NCBI GenBank assembly: GCA_041736305.1
Contig: JBGSTX010000059.1
Coordinates: 1 to 16,074 of the forward strand
Direction of reading: 5' to 3'
Source of the DNA: Oligoflexus sp.
Lineage (GTDB): Bacteria; Bdellovibrionota_B; Oligoflexia; Oligoflexales; Oligoflexaceae
Length of the DNA stretch: 16,074 nt
A program made the position numbers and the translations under genes. This document shows, in pieces, positions 6,557 through 14,643 of this stretch. The number at the start of each line of letters is the position of its first letter. Within the stretch, counting starts at the first letter, position 1. The notes beneath the pieces were generated by a model. That model was not told the DNA's origin. It ran no database searches and worked only from the letters and a program-made list of their open reading frames with translations.

Positions 6557-9500
6557 ATGAACGCCAAAAAGCAAGCGATCGAAATTTTAGAAAATGGTGA
6601 GCCAGAGTATGCCTGGGATCTTGTTCATGCGGTGCCAGGCCGAGCACGTTATAGAATTTACGCGCTCCGTCAAAATCAAGATCTGAGCGCCCGACTAGCT
6701 CTACGCATGCGACGTGAGAAAAAGGTTCTGAACGCTCAGGTGCGCTGGCAGACGGGTTCTGTCATTATTGAGCACCCGCTTGAATCGACCATTACACCCG
6801 AGGACCTGAACCTTTGGTTGAGTGAAAGCGCTGATATGGTCATCTCCAATAGCGCTGATATAGACCAGGAAAAAGTCGAAGAAAGTATTCATGCAGCAGG
6901 TGGGAGTGCGAGTTGGGCGCAGCTTGCACGGGACGAGCTGCTGAAAAAATTAGGTGTCGAAGTACTCCAAGGAGTTTTGCCGGGTGAGCTCGAGGAGCGA
7001 CGGGAGCGCTTTGGATCGAATCAAGTTGAGGAAGTGGAAAGGAGTTCGCGTTGGTTGATTTTTCAACGCCAATTTGCAAACTCACAGACCGGCCTTTTAG
7101 CGGGTGCCGCGGGCCTCTCGCTGCTCAGTGGCGGCGTTTTCGATCTCGTCATGATTGGCGGTGTCCTGGTAGCCAACGCCTATATAGGCTATCTCTCTGA
7201 GACTCATGCCGAAGAGGTCATTCATTCAATAGGCAAACTTGAGCCAAGCGAAATTCAAGTCATCCGCGCCAGCGAGCGGACTTCAATTCTAGATCATGAA
7301 TTAGTCGTCGGGGATCTCGTTTATCTCGGTAGCGGCATGGTCCCTGCGGATCTTCGTTTGATCGAAAGCAAAGGACTTATGGTCGACGAATCCCCGCTCA
7401 CGGGCGAATCGATGCCGGTCTCGAAGCATGCTGGAGCCATAGACGCGAGCCGTTTGCACACGATCAGCGATTTGAGCAATATGGTTTTCCGCGGCAGCAT
7501 CATCACCTCGGGCCAGGGTCTGGGAATAGTGGTAGCGACAGGTGAAGCCACTAAGATAGGTGAAGTTCGTCGGCTCGTGGCCAATACTCTGCAAAAAGCG
7601 TCGACGCTCGACAAAGATCTCGGAGATATTGGTAAGCAGACTATCGTCTTTTCTAGCCTGGTTTGCGGAGGGGTTTTCCTCATCGGCTTGGCGCGTGGTC
7701 ACCGCTGGCTCGACATTCTCAAAACTTCGATTTCTCTGGCAGTCGCCGCGGTTCCAGAAGGATTGCCTACCATCGGAACTACGACGATGGCGCTCGGAGT
7801 CTCAAGCCTCAAGCGGCGGAATGTTCTCGTTCGGCGATTGAACGTCATGGAAACTCTGGGCAGTGTGCAGGTCCTCTGTTTGGATAAGACCGGAACTTTG
7901 ACTCTCAACGAAATGGTGGCTTCCGAAGGGGCCTTCGGTCTTCAAGCATGGACTGCTGACAAGCTAGTCGCGAAAACCCATAAAAAAGATATGCCGCGGA
8001 CCACGGAGCAGATTACGGCCCGAACCTGGAGTATGGTCGCTTCACTCTGCAACGACTGCGAATGGCTCGCGGCGGTGAACGGCGATCCAGCTCGGTGGAG
8101 CGGATCGGCAACCGAAAAGGCCCTGATCGAGCTCGTCGTTGCGATGGGCAATGACCCTCTCGCACTCAAGACAGCCTTCCCTCGTTTCAAAGTCAGCTAC
8201 CGAACCGAAGAACGCCAGTACATGGTTACTTACCATAACCGTGCTGGATCGGATAAGAATTTTGCTGCGGTTAAAGGTAGCCCAGAGCAGCTCATTGGCA
8301 TGTGTGACTGGTACCTCGATCAGGGTGAAGTGAAACATCTCGACGACGAATCGCGGGAAAAAATCGTCAGCCAAAATCAAGCGATGGGTAAGAAGGGGCT
8401 GCGAGTCTTAGGTTTTGCTTACCTCGAAGGCGAAGCCATCCGTTCCATCCAGGATGAGAGACTCATCTGGGTAGGACTGGTCGGACTCATGGACCCCATG
8501 CGAGAAGGAATGGCTGAGCTCATCGGTCAGTTCCACCGTGCCGGGATCAAGACTATTATGATGACGGGTGATCAGACTTCCACGGCAAAAGCAGTCGGTA
8601 AAGCGCTCGGTTTCGGACGAGACGGCCAAAAAATCAAGACTGTTGATGCACGTCGCTTGCAACATCTCAGCCTCAAAGAAATTGGCGAGATCGCTGACGA
8701 TACCCAAGTCTTCTCACGGGTCAGCCCGACCGACAAGCTGCGCATCGTCCAAGCCCTCCAAGAACGAGGACTCATCGTCGCAATGACAGGCGATGGCATC
8801 AACGACAGCCCGGCCCTTAAAGCTGCCCACGTTGGCATCGCTATGGGTTTTCAAGGAACCTCAGCGGCTAGGGAATCAGCTGACATCGTTTTGAAGGATG
8901 ATAATCTGCAGATCATTTTCCATGCGATCGAACATGGCCGTGCTATCCACAGCAATCTGCGTAAATCGATTAAATACCTTCTCGCCACTAATCTTAGCGA
9001 GATTCTCCTGATGCTCGCTTCGGTCGCATCCGGTCGCGCTGCTGCGCTGAACTCCATGCAACTGCTCTGGATCAATCTCTTGAGCGACGTTCTTCCGGGC
9101 CTGGCTCTCGCTCTCGATCCACCGGCGCATGATGTGATGTACCACAATCCGCCTGATCCCCAGGCTGAGATACTGCCGCTCGAAACCAAGAAGGCACTTT
9201 TCGTCGAAGGTAGTCTCATCGCAGCTACAGCTTTCTTCGCTCATCGGCGTGAATATGATCGGGGAGATGTAGGCAGTGCCGGAACAGTAGCTTTTGTTAC
9301 GCTTACCACGTCGCAGATTTTGCATACTCTTTCCGCTTCGGCCGACCAAAACGGAATCATCCGTGGAGGCTGGCCGAAGAATAAGAGATTGTACGGAGCA
9401 ATGAGTTTGGCGGGTGGGACTTTGGCTCTAGGTACTCTTTCGCCATGGTTCCGTCAGTTGCTAGGAACTTCGCCTCTCAATCGAAAACAGTGGTTCGATG

Positions 9501-9580
9501 CCCTGCTTCAGGGTATATCGCCTCTTGTATTCAATGAAGCTCTTAGCTATTTTTCAGGTCGTGAACTGCGAACTCAGTAG
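6557..9580 (+). CDS. P2A-type (Ca2+/cation-transporting) P-type ATPase with an N-terminal HMA2-like domain
   Basis: TGES, VAAVPEGLP, CLDKTGTLT, KGSPE, MTGD, TGDGINDSPAL, TM5 ATNLSE, TM6 LLWINLLSD. The N-terminal extension LVHAVPGRARYR...TGSVIIEH has no CxxC. Confidence 0.93.
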   Translation: MNAKKQAIEILENGEPEYAWDLVHAVPGRARYRIYALRQNQDLSARLALRMRREKKVLNAQVRWQTGSVIIEHPLESTITPEDLNLWLSESADMVISNSADIDQEKVEESIHAAGGSASWAQLARDELLKKLGVEVLQGVLPGELEERRERFGSNQVEEVERSSRWLIFQRQFANSQTGLLAGAAGLSLLSGGVFDLVMIGGVLVANAYIGYLSETHAEEVIHSIGKLEPSEIQVIRASERTSILDHELVVGDLVYLGSGMVPADLRLIESKGLMVDESPLTGESMPVSKHAGAIDASRLHTISDLSNMVFRGSIITSGQGLGIVVATGEATKIGEVRRLVANTLQKASTLDKDLGDIGKQTIVFSSLVCGGVFLIGLARGHRWLDILKTSISLAVAAVPEGLPTIGTTTMALGVSSLKRRNVLVRRLNVMETLGSVQVLCLDKTGTLTLNEMVASEGAFGLQAWTADKLVAKTHKKDMPRTTEQITARTWSMVASLCNDCEWLAAVNGDPARWSGSATEKALIELVVAMGNDPLALKTAFPRFKVSYRTEERQYMVTYHNRAGSDKNFAAVKGSPEQLIGMCDWYLDQGEVKHLDDESREKIVSQNQAMGKKGLRVLGFAYLEGEAIRSIQDERLIWVGLVGLMDPMREGMAELIGQFHRAGIKTIMMTGDQTSTAKAVGKALGFGRDGQKIKTVDARRLQHLSLKEIGEIADDTQVFSRVSPTDKLRIVQALQERGLIVAMTGDGINDSPALKAAHVGIAMGFQGTSAARESADIVLKDDNLQIIFHAIEHGRAIHSNLRKSIKYLLATNLSEILLMLASVASGRAAALNSMQLLWINLLSDVLPGLALALDPPAHDVMYHNPPDPQAEILPLETKKALFVEGSLIAATAFFAHRREYDRGDVGSAGTVAFVTLTTSQILHTLSASADQNGIIRGGWPKNKRLYGAMSLAGGTLALGTLSPWFRQLLGTSPLNRKQWFDALLQGISPLVFNEALSYFSGRELRTQ

Positions 9581-9602
9581 CTCGTAAGAAAGGCAAGATG
9601 TC

Positions 9603-9899
9603 ATGTTCAAATCTTCCCGTTTTAGCTCAGGATTTCTACTAGGTTTTGGTGCAGGATTCGTATCCCGCGATTTGATGTCGACAAATAACAGCATGATGCG
9701 TCCTGTGGTTAAGGGATTTATCCGAGCTGGGACCACTCTTATTGAAAAAAGTAGAGAATCGGTTGCTCACATGTTCGAGACTCTCGAAGATTTGCTGGCC
9801 GAAGTAAGGTCTGAGAAAGAGAAGCCGACCGCCCCCGCTGAGCCAGTCGTGGCTCAAGCAAAGACGCACGTAAAAGTTAACGTCAGCAAAACTTCTTAA
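9603..9899 (+). CDS. DUF5132-like small membrane-anchored protein
   Basis: Gly-rich hydrophobic N-terminus (GFLLGFGAG), then RPVVKGFIRAG..LIEKSRESVAHMFETLEDLLAEVRSE, which resembles the DUF5132 consensus as remembered. Ala/Pro/Lys-rich tail. Confidence 0.7.
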   Translation: MFKSSRFSSGFLLGFGAGFVSRDLMSTNNSMMRPVVKGFIRAGTTLIEKSRESVAHMFETLEDLLAEVRSEKEKPTAPAEPVVAQAKTHVKVNVSKTS

Positions 9900-9911
9900 G
9901 GGGCTTCTCCA

Positions 9912-10424
9912 ATGTCTTACACCGCGAGAGTTGTCCATAGGACACCAGGTCGCCTTCGCCTGCAAATGGAAGGGAGCGATCTCACAGATACGGCGCTTCG
10001 GGAGACCATGGTTCAGCTGCAAAGCTATTCTATGTCTCAGCGAGTCAAAGGTAATCTCTTGACTCGCACGATCGTACTAGAGAGTGATAGTGATGGTTCG
10101 TTAGAGAAAGTCCTGGATCAGGCAAGTGAAGCTGGTGTTTTGGAAATAGGGCCGCAGATGCCACTCGCACAGGAAGCCCGGACTCCTTCTATCCGCGATC
10201 TCGTCATCTCATTTCGTGAAAAATGCGACAGCTTTCTGAAAGAAGTTAGTGGCAATTCTCTCGATCTGAAGTCGGCCACAGCGTGGACGCTGGCGGGTTT
10301 AGGGGTCAAGCAGAGTCTATCAGGGAAGTTTCTGCCAGCGGGCATGACGCTGGTGATTTATGCTATGGGCATGCTTCAATTAGATGAGATGGATAAGATT
10401 AAAAAAGAGCAAGCTGAAGCCTGA
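9912..10424 (+). CDS. HMA2-like domain protein with a C-terminal hydrophobic segment
   Basis: N-terminal VVHRTPGRLRL...VKGNLLTRTIVL. C-terminal DLKSATAWTLAGLGVKQSLSGKFLPAGMTLVIYAMGML is a likely membrane hairpin. Confidence 0.75.
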   Translation: MSYTARVVHRTPGRLRLQMEGSDLTDTALRETMVQLQSYSMSQRVKGNLLTRTIVLESDSDGSLEKVLDQASEAGVLEIGPQMPLAQEARTPSIRDLVISFREKCDSFLKEVSGNSLDLKSATAWTLAGLGVKQSLSGKFLPAGMTLVIYAMGMLQLDEMDKIKKEQAEA

Positions 10425-10435
10425 TTTTTTTTATA

Positions 10436-10494
10436 CCGATTTAGTCCCCTATGGCTTATAATAAGTATAAGCCAACAAACGGGGAATAAATTGG
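10436..10494 (+). promoter_or_regulatory. Extended stem-loop/palindrome overlapping a TATAAT box and the RBS and TTG start of the downstream gene
   Basis: Perfect 9-bp IR TGGCTTATA(10452-10460)/TATAAGCCA(10466-10474). Outer arm CCGATTTAGTCCCC(10436-10449) pairs with GGGGAATAAATTGG(10481-10494), with one mismatch and one G-U. TATAAT at 10457-10462. Confidence 0.6.
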
Positions 10495-10940
10495 ACTGCT
10501 TTATCCATCAGAGCTATGGTCGAGTTCGCATCCGTGTGCCAGCACTTAAAGATGCAACTCAGCGGACCCAAGCGCTTATGAAAGCGCTGAGTGATTTGAA
10601 GGGCGTTCGGAAAATAACGATTAGCGAAATCACAGGCAGCGTCGTCATCCACTATGATCCCTCGCGACAACAGGTAGCCTCGATACTGAAAATATTTCAT
10701 TCCCAGCGGCTTCTGATGAATGTCGTCGGGTTTCCACGGAGTTCGCATCTCTTTCCACTGAGTAAACCTCAGGCGAGACCGCTCCAGCAAGGCGAGGAAA
10801 AAGCGCAGAATCAGCCACTCCCCATGGATGCCTGGCTAAGCGCTGCCGTCCAGCAAGCAGGAAGAGTCATATTTATGAACCTCGTTGAAGCAGCCTTTCA
10901 AAAGACGGGTCGCTTGCTCCTCCGACGGATGTTCAGCTAA
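10491..10940 (+). CDS. Stand-alone HMA2-like domain protein
   Basis: FIHQSYGRVRIRVPALK...LKGVRKITISEITGSVVIHYDP, with an amphipathic C-terminal helix. TTG start with GGGGA upstream. Overlaps the 3' end of the convergent GT2 gene by 8 bp. Confidence 0.75.
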   Translation: MDCFIHQSYGRVRIRVPALKDATQRTQALMKALSDLKGVRKITISEITGSVVIHYDPSRQQVASILKIFHSQRLLMNVVGFPRSSHLFPLSKPQARPLQQGEEKAQNQPLPMDAWLSAAVQQAGRVIFMNLVEAAFQKTGRLLLRRMFS

Positions 10941-11925
10941 GGCCAAGCGGCTTAGGTTCAGGCTCTGAATTATCCCTTCCAACAATGGCACTGACAAGAT
11001 AGAGGGGGCGATCTCGAACTTCGTCGTAGACGCGGGCGAGATACTCCCCTAAGACCCCCAGCATCAGCATATGCATGCCGCCAATAAATGTGATAATAAC
11101 GAAAAGTGAAGTCCATCCCCACACGAAAGAGCCGACATGGCCGAGCCGTGCAATGATCGCTGCTATTCCGAGTAGCAAAGAGCCCACAGCCATCAGCAGA
11201 CCCATTCCCATGCAAAGTCGGAGCGGCAAATTTGAAAAGCTGACGATAGCATCGAAAGCTAGCTTAAGCATTTTTAAGAAAGGGTATTTGGTTTCGCCGG
11301 CGAAGCGTGCTTCGCGATCGTAGTAGACTTCGGTCTGTTTGAAACCTAGCCACGAAAAAAGACCACGGATATATCGATTTCTCTCGCGCAGACGTCGAAA
11401 GGCGCGCAGTACTTTGCGATCGATAAGACGGAAATCTGCAGAATTTACTGGAGCCCGGATGTCAGCGAAGCGGCTTAGAATATGGTAAAAGCTGAGAGCC
11501 GTATACTTTTTGAAGGCAGTATCGACTTCGCGACTCCGTCGCACAGCATAGATCAGCTCGTATCCTTCGCGCCACTTCTGAGCCATTTCCACGATCACTT
11601 CGGGAGGATCCTGAAGGTCGGCATCCATAGTGATAGTCGCCTGGCCTCTCGCATAATCGCAACCCGCCGTCAGAGCCATCTGGTGGCCGAAGTTTCTTGA
11701 GAGGCGCAGGGCCTGGAAACGCCCGTCGCGGCGACAGAGATCTTCCATCAGCTCAAAGCTGCGATCCCGGCTACCATCGTCCACGAGTATGACTTCAGCA
11801 GCTGCATCGAGCTTTTCCATGACCCCGTGAAGGCGCCGATAAAGCTCCTCAAGTCCGCTCTCTTCGTTATAGACAGGAACTACAATGGAATAGACAGGAG
11901 ACGAGCCCTTGGGCAATGACTGCAT
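10933..11925 (-). CDS. Family 2 polyprenyl-phosphate glycosyltransferase (GtrB/ArnC/YkoT-like)
   Basis: SIVVPVYNEE, VDDGSRD, LSRNFGHQ.A..AG, MDADLQDPPE, DFRLIDR, R.AGETKY, two C-terminal TM helices, LGEYLARVY.EV..RP.Y. Confidence 0.93.
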   Translation of the reverse strand: MQSLPKGSSPVYSIVVPVYNEESGLEELYRRLHGVMEKLDAAAEVILVDDGSRDRSFELMEDLCRRDGRFQALRLSRNFGHQMALTAGCDYARGQATITMDADLQDPPEVIVEMAQKWREGYELIYAVRRSREVDTAFKKYTALSFYHILSRFADIRAPVNSADFRLIDRKVLRAFRRLRERNRYIRGLFSWLGFKQTEVYYDREARFAGETKYPFLKMLKLAFDAIVSFSNLPLRLCMGMGLLMAVGSLLLGIAAIIARLGHVGSFVWGWTSLFVIITFIGGMHMLMLGVLGEYLARVYDEVRDRPLYLVSAIVGRDNSEPEPKPLGLS

Positions 11926-11941
11926 TCTGAACTCACATCAT

Positions 11942-11970
11942 TTGACAGGTCATCAGTTATTTTCTAGACT
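11942..11970 (+). promoter_or_regulatory. Sigma70-type promoter for the GT-C gene
   Basis: TTGACA (11942-11947), 17-bp spacer, TAGACT (11965-11970). GGGAG RBS at 11993-11997 before GTG 12004. Confidence 0.65.
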
Positions 11971-12003
11971 CTCGGCTCCTCTTGACCAGACTGGGAGACC
12001 TTC

Positions 12004-13896
12004 GTGCGCAAGCAACTTGGATCTTGGATACCCTATCTCGCCGTGGCTGCGTTGCTTGTGTATTTTATGACACAGAGCGTCTTGATGCTGCAGAGCTTTG
12101 AGGGATGGTATACACGCCCGCCGCTCTGGGATCAAGCTTCGCACGTATTGGATGCAATACATTTTTCGCAAGCTTTTCGGACGTTTAGTCTACAAAAATT
12201 CTTCGTGCAGCTGCATAATAGCTCGATGTGGCCTCCGGTAATACCCCTTTTACAGGCGCCTTTTCTCCTTATCTTCGGTGAATCTTTTATCAACGTGCGC
12301 AATTGGATAGCTTGGAGTTCGATTCCAGCCGTCTTGATGGTGGCCGCAGTAGGCTGGCGATCGCATCGACGTTTTGGACTTTTCGTTGGAGCCTGGGCTG
12401 CAGCTCTGATCGCGGTGAGTCCTATGTTTCTCGAGTTCTGCCTGCAGGAGATGATGGAAGTTCCGGGGATTATGCTCAGCATGCTTACCCTCTACTTTTA
12501 TCTGAGCTTCCTGCAGTCGAATAAGCCTCAGCATTGGCGGGCGACTTGTCTTTCAGGGATCGTCTTGTTTTTTGCTAAATTCAACTATGCGGTCGCCGTG
12601 ATGCTACCTATCGTCGTCTGCGAGTTTTGCCGGCTGGCAAGTTTCCGCTGGCAGATATTTAGTGCGGTCTGGGCCTTTGTGCGCGATACGCGCTGGCGCT
12701 CGTCTTTTACGATTTTTGTGTTGGCCTATGTGCTCTTTCTCTTCGGAGTTCACCTCAGTGGAGGGCTACATTTCAAGCTCTTTGGCCGAAACGTAACTCT
12801 GGTACGAGCCTTTGGGAATCCGGTCTATATCCTCCTCATCATCCTCTTGGTCAGAAATCTTATCGTCAATCGGCCACTGATTAAGTACTACGCCCAGAGC
12901 ATTTGGCAAGCAGATGAACCGGTGCGTTCGCTGCTTCGCTTCGTCTTTCTTCCGGCGGCTGCTTGGATGCTTTACCCGCCTTTTTTCTCGACCTTCTTTA
13001 TTTTTATCTTTAGCGAGAAAACGCGCCATTCTTCATTTTTCTCGATGGAGACTCTGACGTTTTATCCAGGAGCTTGGTTAGAAGTCTATGCACCGCATCC
13101 CCTCATCGGGGTATTCACCCTAGGCAGTCTGTTTGTTTTGGCCTATTTTTGGCGCAAGCTGCCTCTCGCCACTCGATTTTTATTGGGGATGACGCTCTTC
13201 AATCTCTTTCTGACGATTACCCACCCTAACTACCAGACCCGCTATTTGCTCACGACAGCGCCGCTCATCTTCCTAGTCTCCGGCTTGGCCATTGCCCATG
13301 GGCTGGAGTTCTTGCTGCTAAGGTCCTCCTCACGCGTTGATGCCTATCTTCTGCGGCTGGCACCCCTCCTTACTTTAGCTATTTTCATAGGTTTTCCTCC
13401 GCCGCGGGGCTATCTCTTGGACGTCTTCAATAAGTTTTCGCATGAGACGGCGATGGAGGCGGTCTTTGCCGCTGTTTGCCAAGAGGCTGCAAAAGTTGAA
13501 CGGAATACTTTCGTAGGATTTTCGACTTTTGTAGCACCAGCTAGCATTGCCCTCCGTTGCTATCAGGATATTCCGGAAATGCGCCGTTCGCAGATGCCTA
13601 CGGCCATAATAAGTCACGGGTTTCACGGAGAAAAATCGGCCAAAGCTATATTGGAAAGCCGGCGGATTGAACAGTATTTCGTGGTGGATTATAGTGGCTA
13701 TCCGATCCAAGTAGGGAGGGAACAGGAACCCCACCTCATAGGACCTATGCGGGAATTGCTGCCCCAGAACCCCGATTATGAGAGCTTTGAGCTTTTGGAT
13801 CAAAGTCCGACAGGGCTTAAAATCACTGTATATCGCTTGAAATCACTGGGTCTTGTCTCGGTAGGAGCTGCAAATGTTGGCGGAGTGTCGCTTTAG
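12004..13896 (+). CDS. Polytopic GT-C fold glycosyltransferase (ArnT/PMT_2-like)
   Basis: 630 aa with many TM helices. First-loop acidic motif LWDQASH, then WPP, EMMEVP, FAKFNY and YQTRYLL. Divergent from the GT2 gene. Confidence 0.75.
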   Translation: MRKQLGSWIPYLAVAALLVYFMTQSVLMLQSFEGWYTRPPLWDQASHVLDAIHFSQAFRTFSLQKFFVQLHNSSMWPPVIPLLQAPFLLIFGESFINVRNWIAWSSIPAVLMVAAVGWRSHRRFGLFVGAWAAALIAVSPMFLEFCLQEMMEVPGIMLSMLTLYFYLSFLQSNKPQHWRATCLSGIVLFFAKFNYAVAVMLPIVVCEFCRLASFRWQIFSAVWAFVRDTRWRSSFTIFVLAYVLFLFGVHLSGGLHFKLFGRNVTLVRAFGNPVYILLIILLVRNLIVNRPLIKYYAQSIWQADEPVRSLLRFVFLPAAAWMLYPPFFSTFFIFIFSEKTRHSSFFSMETLTFYPGAWLEVYAPHPLIGVFTLGSLFVLAYFWRKLPLATRFLLGMTLFNLFLTITHPNYQTRYLLTTAPLIFLVSGLAIAHGLEFLLLRSSSRVDAYLLRLAPLLTLAIFIGFPPPRGYLLDVFNKFSHETAMEAVFAAVCQEAAKVERNTFVGFSTFVAPASIALRCYQDIPEMRRSQMPTAIISHGFHGEKSAKAILESRRIEQYFVVDYSGYPIQVGREQEPHLIGPMRELLPQNPDYESFELLDQSPTGLKITVYRLKSLGLVSVGAANVGGVSL

Positions 13897-14022
13897 ACGG
13901 CAGTAAAACTTGACGCGACAGCGGAAGTGGCTTAGAACGGCTTAGGCCTAAAGGCGTCTCTTTGGCTGTTGTTGGTCTTAGTTGCTGTGGAATGGGACTC
14001 GCTGATGTTGCCAATTAACCCG

Positions 14023-14592
14023 ATGAAATTCTTGCCTGTATTTCTTATGACAGCGCTTTGCACCGGTTCAGGTGCGTGCTCTTCAAAAAAGCAGCCCGCA
14101 GCCCCGACCTACGCCGAACCTCCACGAATCTTCGATAAAGATTTACAACCCTTCCTCGATCGCTATGTGATGGAAGCGGAGGCGCGCGGCGTTCCCGTTG
14201 ATAAAGTTGCGATGAAAGAGTTGCGGCAGCTTGTCTGGTCGAGTGAGATTCCACAGGGATTCAGCAAGACCAGCATCAATCTCGGGCGCTGCACAAAGCT
14301 TAATAATACCAATGCCGATCCGCGGCTTCGCTATCGAATCATTCAGATTACCAAACCCAACGCACTGAAGATGGCCGGGCCCATCATGCTCGACGATGTT
14401 ACCTTACGCTCGGTCGTGTATCATGAGCTTGGCCATTGTCTTCATAATTTTGAAGGTCACCGACCCGCGGGAGACGATGCGATCATGAGCACAGGTCTGC
14501 CTGCGACCCGCGCGACTCGGATGGACGAGCTGGTTGAAGAACATTTCATGCTTATGTCAAAAAAATCGACCGAGAATCTTAAGCCGTTCTGA
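14023..14592 (+). CDS. Lipoprotein zinc metallopeptidase, metzincin/matrixin-like
   Basis: MKFLPVFLMTALCTGSGAC lipobox-like signal, VVYHELGHCLHNFEGH zinc motif and downstream AIMS (Met-turn). Alternative start at 14005. Confidence 0.7.
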   Translation: MKFLPVFLMTALCTGSGACSSKKQPAAPTYAEPPRIFDKDLQPFLDRYVMEAEARGVPVDKVAMKELRQLVWSSEIPQGFSKTSINLGRCTKLNNTNADPRLRYRIIQITKPNALKMAGPIMLDDVTLRSVVYHELGHCLHNFEGHRPAGDDAIMSTGLPATRATRMDELVEEHFMLMSKKSTENLKPF

Positions 14593-14595
14593 GAG

Positions 14596-14635
14596 GAAGT
14601 CGGTAGAGCCTGAGAATCTCAGCCTACCGACCTTC
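14596..14635. terminator. Hairpin between convergent genes, probable bidirectional terminator
   Basis: GAAGTCGGTAG(14596-14606) pairs with CTACCGACCTTC(14624-14635), with inner CTGAGA/TCTCAG. It fills most of the 51-bp gap. No clear U-tract. Confidence 0.6.
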
Positions 14636-14643
14636 GAGTATCC

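Noticed and set aside
6557-9580. Calling the ATPase FezB/P1B heavy-metal type, KdpB or MgtA
   Set aside because: It has PEGL rather than a CPx-type TM motif, a SERCA-like TM5/TM6 and about 10 TMs. There is no kdpA/C and no MgtA-type PEML motif.
13910-13938. TTGACG-17-TAGAAC promoter for the metallopeptidase
   Set aside because: The spacing is right but the conserved final T of the -10 is missing, so it is too weak to call.
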